NCBI GenBank assembly: GCA_026986575.1
Contig: JALSOH010000004.1
Span: forward strand, 32,001-96,000
DNA from: Thermoproteota archaeon
GTDB lineage: Archaea; Korarchaeota; Korarchaeia; Korarchaeales; Korarchaeaceae
Direction of reading: 5' to 3'
Length of the DNA stretch: 64,000 nucleotides
A program made the translations under genes and the position numbers. The notes under the pieces were generated by a model. It saw only the letters and a program-made list of their open reading frames with translations. It was not told where the DNA came from and did no database searches. Positions 38,797 to 48,054 of the stretch are shown here, piece by piece. The stretch's first letter is position 1. Every line of letters starts with the position of its first letter.

Positions 38797-40136
38797 CCCT
38801 CATATTCACACCCCTCGGCATAAGGGGGATTTTTGGAGATGGCATTGACTCGGCTGTAGTTGAGAGGATAGCTAACATCTTCGGTAGAGAGCTAGGAGAG
38901 GGAAGTTTGGTGGTCGTCGGGCGGGATACCAGGCCTAGCGGATACGTACTGGACAAGGCGGTCGTCTCGGGCCTGCTTTCGGCGGGGGTCAATGTGCTCA
39001 ACATAGGCATAGCCCCTACCCCAACGATAGAGTGGGCCGTCGAGAGGTATGATGCGGATGGTGGAATCATCATATCGGCCAGTCATAACCCCCCTGAATG
39101 GAACGCCTTGAAGCTGATAGGGAAGAAGGGGCTGCTCCTCCATCCGGACGAAATGGAGAGGCTCAAGGATAGGTTCGAGAAGGAGGAATTCAGGTCGGTT
39201 CCTTGGAGCGATATAGGTATGGAGGAGGTCGTCGACGTAACTGGGGACTACTTGGAGGACCTGCTGAACTTTGTGAACATCGATGCGATCTCGGAAGCGG
39301 GTTTTAAGGTAGTACTGGACGTTAACGGAGGCGCCGGTGCTTACGTCACGCCCTACCTCCTCCAATCGCTGGGATGTAAGGTCAACACGCTGAACTCCTC
39401 GCCCGGAATATTCGTCAGGGAGATGGAACCTAGGCCCGATACTCTCCAAGACCTGTCCAAGGTCGTCGTATCTACAGGAGCGGATGTGGGTTTCGCCCAT
39501 GATACCGACGCCGACAGGCTTACCCTCGTAACCGAAGAGGGAGAGGTGCTCTCCGAGGACATCACCCTCGCGCTGGTCGTCGATTATATCCTGGAGAAGA
39601 GAGGCAGAGGTTCCCTCGTGGTGAACGTAGCTTCCTCCAAGATGTTCGATGATATTGCGAGGAAGAGGGGGGCTAAGATATACAGGACCCCTGTAGGCGA
39701 GGCCTACGTGGCTCACAAGATGAGGGAGATCGGTGCCACGGTGGGCGGCGAGGGGAGCTGCGGAGGGGTCATACTGCCCGACTTCCACATGGGAAGGGAT
39801 GGTCCTCTCGCCGCGGCGCTCATACTTGAGATAATGGCCTCCAAGGGGAGGAGCATAAGCGAACTTGTCTCTGAGCTCCCTAAGTATCACACGATAAGGG
39901 CTAACTTCCCGAGAAGGAGGGATTGGGATTCGCTGAAGAGGGACCTCATATCCCTCGGTGAGAGGAGGGGCATGGAGATCGATCTGACTGACGGGGTCCG
40001 ACTCTCCGACTTGGAAGTCTGGGGGCTGATCCGTCCCTCCAAGACCGAACCTAAGATAAGGGTCCTTGTGGAATCGGACGATCGCTCCAAAGCTGAGGAG
40101 TTCTTGAGAGAAGTGAAGAGGGTCGTAGCTGTGTGA
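38793..40136 (+). CDS. Alpha-D-phosphohexomutase family (PGM/PMM, phosphoglucosamine or phosphopentomutase)
   Basis: GRDTR, SASHNP, DTDADR, PVGE, RPSKTEP. Confidence 0.92.
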   Translation: MTLIFTPLGIRGIFGDGIDSAVVERIANIFGRELGEGSLVVVGRDTRPSGYVLDKAVVSGLLSAGVNVLNIGIAPTPTIEWAVERYDADGGIIISASHNPPEWNALKLIGKKGLLLHPDEMERLKDRFEKEEFRSVPWSDIGMEEVVDVTGDYLEDLLNFVNIDAISEAGFKVVLDVNGGAGAYVTPYLLQSLGCKVNTLNSSPGIFVREMEPRPDTLQDLSKVVVSTGADVGFAHDTDADRLTLVTEEGEVLSEDITLALVVDYILEKRGRGSLVVNVASSKMFDDIARKRGAKIYRTPVGEAYVAHKMREIGATVGGEGSCGGVILPDFHMGRDGPLAAALILEIMASKGRSISELVSELPKYHTIRANFPRRRDWDSLKRDLISLGERRGMEIDLTDGVRLSDLEVWGLIRPSKTEPKIRVLVESDDRSKAEEFLREVKRVVAV

Positions 40137-40140
40137 ACGA

Positions 40141-40632
40141 TCAGTCCTTCCCTTTCTTCTTCCCCTTCTTATCTTTGGAGGACTTGCCAGATCCTCCCTT
40201 AGGGATGACCAGCTTTCCAGTTATCTTGTCGGAGAACCTCTTCCAAGCTGATCCCAAGCCGCTGAGGGCTATTATCATGAAAGATAGTGCCGTGAAGGGC
40301 GCGTCCGGGTAGCCCACGAATATGGCCGATATGAAGCCCACTAGGGGTATCATCAGGCCGGAGTAGTAGGCAGCCTTCCTGTACAGAGCTCCTAACTCGC
40401 TCTCATTCAGATTCTCTGAGAACACTATCCTCCTCACGTATCTGTCGGACATTATGAAGAGGAAGAGGGCTATCACCATGAACAGGACACTCAGCATGGC
40501 TCCCAGTTCCCTACTCACTAGAGTGATCCTCAAGGATAGGAAGGTCGCTAGGAATACCATGAGAGCCGGGATAACCGCCATCCAAGCGGTGAATTCCCTG
40601 TAACCATTCAGAGCGGATTCGATCGGTTTCAT
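40141..40632 (-). CDS. Hypothetical 4-TM membrane protein with Lys-rich tail
   Basis: Four hydrophobic segments; fills the gap between the mutase gene and tuf. Confidence 0.7.
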   Translation of the reverse strand: MKPIESALNGYREFTAWMAVIPALMVFLATFLSLRITLVSRELGAMLSVLFMVIALFLFIMSDRYVRRIVFSENLNESELGALYRKAAYYSGLMIPLVGFISAIFVGYPDAPFTALSFMIIALSGLGSAWKRFSDKITGKLVIPKGGSGKSSKDKKGKKKGKD

Positions 40633-40724
40633 GTTCGGCCCTCAGATTCGAGGGTTACGTTTAGGTTTAAAAATGCGCACAGTCATGGACCGGTAGAGAT
40701 ACCCGTAGGTGATAGGGTGATAAG

Positions 40725-41993
40725 ATGGCCGAGAAGGAGCACGTGAACCTGATCTTCGTGGGACACGTCGACCACGGAAAGTCGACGCTGATAGGGAGGA
40801 TGTTCTTCGATCTCCAGCTAGTGGAGGAGCTTCCTCCCGAGGAGCAGGCAGCTGACGCCCAGTTCGCTTGGCTCGTGGATAGGCTCAAGGAGGAGCGAGA
40901 GAGGGGTATGACCATCGACCTCTTCCATACCAAGATCGAGACGCCCCATAAGATGATAACCATTATAGACGCCCCTGGACACAGGGACTTCGTCAAGAAC
41001 ATGATCACCGGAGCCAGCCAGGCCGACGCCGCTATACTCGTGGTCTCCGCCAAGTCGGGAGAGGGCGTCCAGGCCCAGACCATAGAGCACGTCTTCCTGA
41101 TCAAGACATTGGGAGTTAACCAGCTCGCCGTCGCCATATCCAAGATGGACGATCCGACCGTGAACTACAGTAAGGAGAGGTTCGAGGAGGTCAAGGCTCA
41201 GGTGGCTGAGCTCCTCAGGAAGGTGGGATACGACCCCGACAAGATACAGTTCATCCCTGTGAGCGGTCTGAAGGGAGATAACGTGGTCAGGAAGAGCGAG
41301 AATATGCCTTGGTACAACGGTCCGACTCTCTATGAGGTGCTCGATACGTTCTCCGCGCCGCCCAAGCCGGTGGACAAGCCCCTCAGGATACCCATACAGG
41401 ATGTGTTCTCCATAACCGGAGTCGGTACCGTCGTGGTAGGTAGGGTGGAGACCGGCGTGATCAAGCCTGGCGACAGCATAATCATAGAGCCCCTCGGCAA
41501 GACCGCGGAGGTCAAGAGCATAGAGATGCACCACGAGAAGCTCGACAAGGCCGAGCCCGGTGACAACATAGGGATAAACATCAAAGGCATCGATAAGAAG
41601 GAGATCAAGAGGGGAGACGTTATAGGTCACCCTGACAACCCGCCCACCGTCGCCAAGGAGTTCACCGCCCAGATAGTGGTGCTGCAGCACCCGACCGCCA
41701 TAGCTCCAGGTTACACGCCCGTTATACACGCTCACACCGGACACATGGCATGCAAGATGGTGTCCATAGAGAAGAAGATCGATCCGAGGAGCGGTCAGGT
41801 CATCGAGGAGAATCCGAGCTTCATAAGGAGGGGAGAGGCTGCCATAGTGAAGTTCCAGCCGCTGAAACCCTTCGTGATAGAGAAGTATAGCGACTTCCCG
41901 CCGCTCGGTAGGTTCGCGGTCAGGGACATGGGTATGACCGTCGCTGCTGGCATAGTGCTCGACGTGGTTCCGATGGAGAGGAAGAAGAAGTAA
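40725..41993 (+). CDS. tuf: Elongation factor 1-alpha
   Basis: [41 protein letters not shown]; strong high-expression codon bias. Confidence 0.98.
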   Translation: MAEKEHVNLIFVGHVDHGKSTLIGRMFFDLQLVEELPPEEQAADAQFAWLVDRLKEERERGMTIDLFHTKIETPHKMITIIDAPGHRDFVKNMITGASQADAAILVVSAKSGEGVQAQTIEHVFLIKTLGVNQLAVAISKMDDPTVNYSKERFEEVKAQVAELLRKVGYDPDKIQFIPVSGLKGDNVVRKSENMPWYNGPTLYEVLDTFSAPPKPVDKPLRIPIQDVFSITGVGTVVVGRVETGVIKPGDSIIIEPLGKTAEVKSIEMHHEKLDKAEPGDNIGINIKGIDKKEIKRGDVIGHPDNPPTVAKEFTAQIVVLQHPTAIAPGYTPVIHAHTGHMACKMVSIEKKIDPRSGQVIEENPSFIRRGEAAIVKFQPLKPFVIEKYSDFPPLGRFAVRDMGMTVAAGIVLDVVPMERKKK

Positions 41994-42045
41994 ACCCTCC
42001 ATCATTTTTATTTAGCAGTGAGATGTCCCGGTGAGTGGTGGTAAA

Positions 42046-42363
42046 ATGCCCGAGGTACTGAGGATAGAGATGGTCAGCACCAATCCCAAGAGCTTGGACC
42101 AAGTAAGCAGGATGTTCAAGGAGATGGCCGAGAAGATGGGGGTCAGGGTTAAGGGCCCGATACCTCTGCCGACCAAGAGGCTCAGGGTTACCGCTCTCAG
42201 GAATCCCTCGGGTGAAGGGACGAACAGGTACGACAAGTACGAGCTGAGGATCCACAAGCGTATAATAGACATCCCTAACCCTGACGAGAGGTATATCAGG
42301 AGCATAATGGGTGTCACCATCCCCGAAGACGTCAAGATAAGCATAGTCATGCTGACTACCTGA
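42046..42363 (+). CDS. rps10: 30S ribosomal protein S10 (uS10)
   Basis: GPIPLPTKRL, PSGEG, RIHKRII. Confidence 0.97.
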   Translation: MPEVLRIEMVSTNPKSLDQVSRMFKEMAEKMGVRVKGPIPLPTKRLRVTALRNPSGEGTNRYDKYELRIHKRIIDIPNPDERYIRSIMGVTIPEDVKISIVMLTT

Positions 42364-42404
42364 CCTCGGACAACTGTTTTAGGGGATCCTCCCCCTAGCC
42401 CCTG

Positions 42405-43499
42405 ATGGATGTACTGATCCTAGCTGATGATTTAACTGGCGCTTTAGACACGGCCTCTCAGTTTGGGCGCGGTTCCTTCGTCGCCCTGAACCGGGAACTC
42501 GCCGGATACAAATGGAAGTACGTATCCCTGAGCACAGACACTAGGCTCGCCGCCCCTAAAGAGGCTGAAAGGAGAGTCAGAGAAATCTTAGAGGTCATTC
42601 TAGAATCCATCGGCCCGAGATACCTGTACAAGAAGGTAGATTCCACTATGAGAGGGAACGTAGGTGCCGAGCTGAGCCCCATAGTTTCGATGTTAGATTC
42701 TCCCTTGCCCTTCACCCCGGCTTATCCCGAGCAGGGAAGGACCGTGCTAAATGGTCGACTGTACATTCGGGGCGTTCCCCTAGAGGAAACGGAATACGTG
42801 AGAGAGCTGCCCATTGTCTCCTCTCTAATAGAGGAGATAGTGAGAGCCACATCTCCCGATCTGACGGTGGGTTACTGGGGAGAGGGTGATTCGGGTATTC
42901 TGATCGCCAAGGAGGTCCCCGACAGGAAGGCTTTGTCCCTCTTCTTCCGTGAGATTTACGACTATCGAGTGATGGGAGGTAGCGCAGGACTAGCTCTGGA
43001 GCTGGCCCGGTGGATAGGGGCTGAGAAAGGAGGGACCCCCAGGGCAAAAGGTCCCATCCTATTCGTGTCAGGATCGGAGAATGAGGTGGCGATCAGGCAG
43101 CTCGAAGCCCTCTCAAAGGAGATACCCGTTCTGGAGGCTGATGATTCCGGTATAGAGGAGGTCGCCCGAGTACTTAGGGAGGGAGGAGATGCGGCAATTC
43201 GCTTCAGCCTAGCCAAGGTGAAGCCCAGTACGCTTGAGAGGATCCGCCGTTTGCTCCATGAGATTGGGGGACTGGTAGTGGTAGGTGGGGAGACCCTCAA
43301 GAGATTGATAGAGGGAATGGGAATAGCAGGTGTGGAGATAGGGGAGCCTCCAGAAGAGGGGCTTGCTGCCGGATGGATAGTGGGTGGACCGATCGATGGT
43401 CTACCCATAGTAACTAAGGCGGGAGGGTTCGGAAAGGAGACCACGCTTATCAGGGTGAGGAGGTGGTTGCGTGAGGCAGATCTTGATAACTATGGGTGA
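42405..43499 (+). CDS. Four-carbon acid sugar kinase (DUF1537, DtnK/DenK-like)
   Basis: ADDLTGALD, YKKVDSTMRGN, PAYPEQGR, GGET, TKAGGFG. Confidence 0.92.
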   Translation: MDVLILADDLTGALDTASQFGRGSFVALNRELAGYKWKYVSLSTDTRLAAPKEAERRVREILEVILESIGPRYLYKKVDSTMRGNVGAELSPIVSMLDSPLPFTPAYPEQGRTVLNGRLYIRGVPLEETEYVRELPIVSSLIEEIVRATSPDLTVGYWGEGDSGILIAKEVPDRKALSLFFREIYDYRVMGGSAGLALELARWIGAEKGGTPRAKGPILFVSGSENEVAIRQLEALSKEIPVLEADDSGIEEVARVLREGGDAAIRFSLAKVKPSTLERIRRLLHEIGGLVVVGGETLKRLIEGMGIAGVEIGEPPEEGLAAGWIVGGPIDGLPIVTKAGGFGKETTLIRVRRWLREADLDNYG

Positions 43500-44424
43500 T
43501 CCCGCTGGGATAGGCCCCGAGGTCGTCGCGAAGTCCCTAGCTCGACTGAGTAGCGGGAGACCCATCACAGTAGTGGGGTGCAAGAGGTGTCTAGAGGAAA
43601 TATCGGAGCTCTGCGGTTTGAAGTTGAGGTTCTCATCCGTAGATGAGCCGACGCACCTTGTGGACAGCGTTCCAGTGATAGATATGGGTGGCGAGGATGT
43701 CCCGAAGGGGAGGGCGACTCCTATGGGTGGTGCTTATTCATACAGTTATGTGGTGAGGGCGGCGGAGCTGGTGAAGGAGGGAAAGGCCAGCGCCTTGGTG
43801 ACCGGACCCGTGAACAAGCTGGCCGTCAACATGGCTGGAATCAAGTTCACTGGTCACACCGAGTTACTCGCGGAGCTGGCCGGAGGTGCGAAAGTCAAGA
43901 TGCTCTTGTATCTGGACGAATTGAGGGTGAGCCACGTCACCACGCATATCCCATTGAAGGATGTCCCCACCTCCATAAATGAGGAGGAAATTTCTCTGAC
44001 CGTTCGACTGACGGCCTCCTTCCTGAGGAGGTTGGGTGAGGAGGTTAACATCGCGGTGGCAGGACTGAACCCCCACGCCGGGGATGGGGGTGTGATGGGA
44101 AGGGAGGAGATCGAAATTATAGGTCCGGCCGTTGAGGAGCTCAAGAGTCAAGGGATCGGGGTAGAAGGCCCTTTGCCACCTGACACTGTCTTCCTCAGAG
44201 CGTTGAAGGGAGAGTTCAATGCAGTCGTGGCCATGTACCACGATCAGGGTCACATACCAGCCAAGATGATAGGCTTCAATAGAGCGGTCAACGTGACTCT
44301 GGGACTGCCCTACGTGAGGACCTCCGTGGATCACGGGACGGCTTACGACATAGTTGGCAAGTGCGTGGCCGATGAAGGTAGCATGCTTAAGGCTTTAGAG
44401 CTGGCATTCAGGTTGGCTGAGTAG
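43471..44424 (+). CDS. pdxA: PdxA2-type 4-phospho-tetronate dehydrogenase
   Basis: TMGDPAGIGPE, GHTE, THIPL, LNPHAG, MYHDQG, RTSVDHGTA; paired with a DUF1537 kinase. Confidence 0.93.
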   Translation: MRQILITMGDPAGIGPEVVAKSLARLSSGRPITVVGCKRCLEEISELCGLKLRFSSVDEPTHLVDSVPVIDMGGEDVPKGRATPMGGAYSYSYVVRAAELVKEGKASALVTGPVNKLAVNMAGIKFTGHTELLAELAGGAKVKMLLYLDELRVSHVTTHIPLKDVPTSINEEEISLTVRLTASFLRRLGEEVNIAVAGLNPHAGDGGVMGREEIEIIGPAVEELKSQGIGVEGPLPPDTVFLRALKGEFNAVVAMYHDQGHIPAKMIGFNRAVNVTLGLPYVRTSVDHGTAYDIVGKCVADEGSMLKALELAFRLAE

Positions 44425-44425
44425 G

Positions 44426-45667
44426 ATGGTTCTCTATTCCATCAGGTACGGGGAGAGTTACCTGAGCCTCCACCTCCCTGATGAGGTTCAGGTAGTTGGG
44501 ATAGGTCCTAACGACGTTACTCCCTTGGAGGATGTAGGGGATGCGCTGCAACGCGCCCTGAGGGGTTTGGATGGGATCATTCGCCCGGGTAGGGGAGTGG
44601 CTATAATTGCCGACGATGTTACAAGACCGACTCCCACTGCAGACATCCTCCCACTCCTCCTAGACTACCTAAATTCAGCTGGTGTGAGCGATGATGACAT
44701 TCTGCTGCTGGCCGCCTTGGGAACGCACAGACCCATGACTCAAGGGGAGTTGGAAAGGAAGTACGGAGAGGCGATGGAGAGGGTCGAGGTCGTTCAACCC
44801 GACTATAGGGATCCGGAAAAGCAGGTTATAGTCGGATCGATGCCTGACGGGTCTCCCATCGAGGTGAGCGACGTCCTAACGAAGGTGGATTTATCGATAG
44901 GCGTGGGGATGGTTACCCCTCACCACGTCTCCGGATTCTCAGGTGGATCGAAGATTGTCCTGCCCGGGGTGTCCGGTGAGAGGACGGTGGGAAACATGCA
45001 CTTGCTAAGCGCTAGACTGAGGAGGAGTTTCTTGGGAGTGAAGGAAAACCCCGTGAGGGCTCTCATGGACTTGGTTGCAGAGAGGGCCAGACTGAGGGGG
45101 TTGGTGGAGGTAGTCGTCGATGGGATGGGGAGGCCCACTTGGGTGGGTGCGGGCGGTGTTAGGGAGGTCTTTTCCGAGGCGGTCGCCGAGGCTAGACGCG
45201 TGTATGAAGTTGAGACTCCCAGCAACCTCGATTTGGTGATCGCCAGCAGTTATCCAGCTGATATAGAGTTTTGGCAGGCCCACAAATCGTTATATCCGGC
45301 TGAGATGATCCTCAGGGACGGGGGAGTCCTCATACTCGCTACACCCTGCCCTGAGGGCGTGGCCGTCACTCATCCGGAGGTATTGGAGCTGGCTGGATTG
45401 AGCCCTGAAGAGATAGATGCCAAGGTCAGGAGGGGAGAGGTAGAGGACCCCGTGGGTGCTGCCAACTCCATGGTCTGGTCCAAGGTGAGATCTAGGATAA
45501 AGGTAGTCATAGTCTCCGATGGAATCTCCGAGGAAGAAGCCAGATCTATTGGCTTCTCTTGGTATGGGGATCTGCAAGAGGCCATAAATTCGGAATTGAA
45601 ATCCTTGGGAGGTAAACCCAGAGTGGCCATCATGAGGAACGCTCCAGAGCTGCTCCCCAAGGTGTAG
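44426..45667 (+). CDS. LarA-family nickel-pincer 2-hydroxy-acid racemase/epimerase
   Basis: DDVTRPTP, ALGTHR, PHHVSGFSGGSK, FWQAHK, CPEG motifs. Confidence 0.9.
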   Translation: MVLYSIRYGESYLSLHLPDEVQVVGIGPNDVTPLEDVGDALQRALRGLDGIIRPGRGVAIIADDVTRPTPTADILPLLLDYLNSAGVSDDDILLLAALGTHRPMTQGELERKYGEAMERVEVVQPDYRDPEKQVIVGSMPDGSPIEVSDVLTKVDLSIGVGMVTPHHVSGFSGGSKIVLPGVSGERTVGNMHLLSARLRRSFLGVKENPVRALMDLVAERARLRGLVEVVVDGMGRPTWVGAGGVREVFSEAVAEARRVYEVETPSNLDLVIASSYPADIEFWQAHKSLYPAEMILRDGGVLILATPCPEGVAVTHPEVLELAGLSPEEIDAKVRRGEVEDPVGAANSMVWSKVRSRIKVVIVSDGISEEEARSIGFSWYGDLQEAINSELKSLGGKPRVAIMRNAPELLPKV

Positions 45668-45754
45668 CGCCGGGGGAGGGATTCGAACCCTCGCGGCCCG
45701 GAGGGCCACCCGCTCTCAAGGCGGGCACCTTGGTCCTGGCTCGGCCACCCCGGC
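45668..45754 (-). tRNA. tRNA-Ser(TGA), CCA not encoded
   Basis: Cloverleaf GCCGGGG/CCCCGGC, anticodon arm CCCGC-CTTGAGA-GCGGG, long variable arm, TTCGAAT, discriminator G; TTTATA box at 45786-45781. Confidence 0.95.
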
Positions 45755-45794
45755 TCGAGCGATGCTCGCGGGCTCCGGGGTATAAATGCGAGGG

Positions 45795-45810
45795 GGAATA
45801 AAAAGGTGAA
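45795..45810 (-). terminator. Pyrimidine/T-rich terminator after rps19
   Basis: TTCACCTTTTTATTCC immediately after the stop on the minus strand. Confidence 0.45.
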
Positions 45811-46209
45811 TCACTTGAGCGGCACGAACTTGCTGGATCTGGTGGCTCCCTTACCGGGTTTACCGTGCCTCACTATCCTGTTGGTCATCGCGAACTCTCC
45901 CAAGTAGTGCCCTATCATCTCGGGGACTATGGTTATCTCGACGAACTCCTTCCCGTTGTGGACAGCTATCTTCGCCCCCACCATCTCGGGGAGGACGGGC
46001 ATGTCCCTCCTGTGGGTCCTTATCACCTTATCTATGCCCTTGCTCCTGTACTTCCTGATCTTCTCCAAGAGCTTCTTGTTCTCAGGAGATAGACCTCTCT
46101 TCAGAGTCCTTCTGATTCTAGCTGGCATCACCTCTGCCAGCTCATCTAGAGTCATGCTCTGGAGCTGCTCCAGCGTATAACCCCTGTACCTGAATTCCTT
46201 GGAGGACAT
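45811..46209 (-). CDS. rps19: 30S ribosomal protein S19 (uS19)
   Basis: [35 protein letters not shown]. Confidence 0.97.
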   Translation of the reverse strand: MSSKEFRYRGYTLEQLQSMTLDELAEVMPARIRRTLKRGLSPENKKLLEKIRKYRSKGIDKVIRTHRRDMPVLPEMVGAKIAVHNGKEFVEITIVPEMIGHYLGEFAMTNRIVRHGKPGKGATRSSKFVPLK

Positions 46210-46248
46210 ACATGTCACCAGCACTTACGCCATAAATAAAGGTTGGGC

Positions 46249-46983
46249 TCAGAGGCCAGCCCTCCTCTTGGCCCTACCGGTCTTCCTAGCGGCTATGTGT
46301 CCGACCTTCTGCCCTGGTGGGGCCGTCCTAGCCACGGTTGTTGGCTTGCCAGGCCTCTTGTGGGATCCGCCACCGTGCGGGTGGCTGACCGGGTTCATGG
46401 CCACGCCCCTGACCACGGGCCATCTCTTCGGGTGGGTCCTCTCGTGGTAGTACTTGAGACCGGCCTTCATGAATGGCTTCTCTATCCTGCCGCCACCAGC
46501 CACTATACCTATAGTGGCCCTGCATCTGGCGTCCACGAACTTCTCCTTTCTGGAGGGGAGCCTCAAGAGGACTCTGTCTCCCTCGTGAGAGAACACTAGA
46601 GCGTAGGTCCCACTCCTCCTAGCTATCTTTCCTCCGTCTCCCGGCCTTATCTCCACATTAGATACTAGGGTTCCATCAGGTATATCGGCTAGGGGAAGGA
46701 CGTTTCCCGTCTTTATCTCGGCTCCAGGACCTATTTGTATCTCCTGACCCTCGTATACTCCTTCAGGAGGCACGTAGTAGAACTTGGTGCCATCCTCGAG
46801 CTCCACTAGGGAGATCGGAGTGTGCCTCCCTGGCTCGTGCAGTATCTCCTTTATGATCCCTCTCACGAGGTCACTCAGCCCTATCTGAGGCGGGTACTTC
46901 ACGGGAGCTATCTTGAGATGATCCCTAGATCTGAACTGGATACCTCCCCTTCCCCTCCTCTGAACCAGTATACGCTTACCCAT
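46249..46983 (-). CDS. rpl2: 50S ribosomal protein L2
   Basis: MGKRILVQRRGRG, HEPGR, VRGVAMNPVSHPHGGG. Confidence 0.98.
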   Translation of the reverse strand: MGKRILVQRRGRGGIQFRSRDHLKIAPVKYPPQIGLSDLVRGIIKEILHEPGRHTPISLVELEDGTKFYYVPPEGVYEGQEIQIGPGAEIKTGNVLPLADIPDGTLVSNVEIRPGDGGKIARRSGTYALVFSHEGDRVLLRLPSRKEKFVDARCRATIGIVAGGGRIEKPFMKAGLKYYHERTHPKRWPVVRGVAMNPVSHPHGGGSHKRPGKPTTVARTAPPGQKVGHIAARKTGRAKRRAGL

Positions 46984-46987
46984 ATCA

Positions 46988-47269
46988 TCACCCTATTATG
47001 CCCAGCTTGGCAGCAACATCCGAGGCCCTATACTCGGGACTGAGCTTCACATATGCTTTCTTCCTGCCGTCTATGGTAATTATGGTCCACACCCTCTCTA
47101 CTTTGACGTCTAAGGCTTCCTCGACAGCCCTTTTTATCTCCTTCTTGTTGGCCCTCCTGTCCACGAAGAAAGCCAGCTTGTTCTCCTCGTTGATCATCCT
47201 AACAACTTTCTCGGTGGAGATTGGGGCCTTCAGTATCTTGTAGGGATCGAAGTCGCTTATCTTAGGCAA
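46988..47269 (-). CDS. rpl23: 50S ribosomal protein L23
   Basis: [21 protein letters not shown]. Confidence 0.96.
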   Translation of the reverse strand: MPKISDFDPYKILKAPISTEKVVRMINEENKLAFFVDRRANKKEIKRAVEEALDVKVERVWTIITIDGRKKAYVKLSPEYRASDVAAKLGIIG

Positions 47270-48050
47270 TACCCATCACCTCCTCCAAGGAACGGAGGGC
47301 TCCCTCCGTCCACAGGGTCAGCCTCCCCGGAACACCTCCCGGGGCCAAGTGGATCACGCTCAGGTTCCTGAGAGCAACGACATCAACTCCGGGTATGTTC
47401 CTAGCGGCTCTAGCTACCGGAGAGCCCTCGTTGAGGTATATTATGAGCGGACCCCTAGCTCTCTGTCTGACCCTTCCCCTCATCTTACCTCGTCCGGCCC
47501 TTATCTTCTTGAACCTCCTCTTGGTCCTGTCCAGCTCGTCCTTCAGGCCTAGCTTCAGCAACAGGGAGTAGAGTTCAGATGTCTTAGATATACCTTCCAG
47601 ATCGTCCGTCACTACCAAGGGAACATGGTCCAAATCCACCCTATGCCGGGCCTTGACCAAGTCTATCCTCCCAGTCGCCGCTATGGCCGATAGGATGGCC
47701 AGTCTCCTCTCCTTCTTGTTCACTCTCTCCCAGATGACCTTCCAAGATCTGGGTGCCGTGGTCTTAGCGCCGCCCACGGTCATGACCGCTCTAGCCGCCC
47801 TGCTGGCAGCGGGATAGCCTCTACCCTTCACCCTAGGTACCCTAGCCACTCCGTGACCCGCGCCCCAAGATTCAGCCGACGTCCTGAGTCCAGCTAGGGG
47901 ATCCCTACCTTGGGGCTGTATCCTAGCGGTCAGTTGAGATAGGTAGGTCCGCCTTATGGTGTCGGGCCTGACCTCCATGTCGAAGATGGAGGGGAGCTTC
48001 ACCTCCCCTATCCTCTCACCGTTCAGATTGAACACTGGGACCGAGACCAT
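47262..48050 (-). CDS. rpl4: 50S ribosomal protein L4
   Basis: [36 protein letters not shown]. Confidence 0.97.
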   Translation of the reverse strand: MVSVPVFNLNGERIGEVKLPSIFDMEVRPDTIRRTYLSQLTARIQPQGRDPLAGLRTSAESWGAGHGVARVPRVKGRGYPAASRAARAVMTVGGAKTTAPRSWKVIWERVNKKERRLAILSAIAATGRIDLVKARHRVDLDHVPLVVTDDLEGISKTSELYSLLLKLGLKDELDRTKRRFKKIRAGRGKMRGRVRQRARGPLIIYLNEGSPVARAARNIPGVDVVALRNLSVIHLAPGGVPGRLTLWTEGALRSLEEVMGIA

Positions 48051-48054
48051 GTAA

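Noticed and set aside
40818-42005. 395-aa antisense ORF over tuf (similar ORFs over ths, pgk and the mutase)
   Set aside because: Shadow frames caused by strong codon bias on the sense strand; no recognisable motifs.
43471-44424. PdxA as evidence of DXP-dependent vitamin B6 synthesis
   Set aside because: Context with a DUF1537 kinase indicates the catabolic PdxA2 group; no pdxJ in the window.
42364-45754. Kinase-PdxA2-LarA cassette as an integrated mobile element at tRNA-Ser
   Set aside because: No integrase and no duplicated tRNA 3' fragment (att site) visible at the rps10 side.
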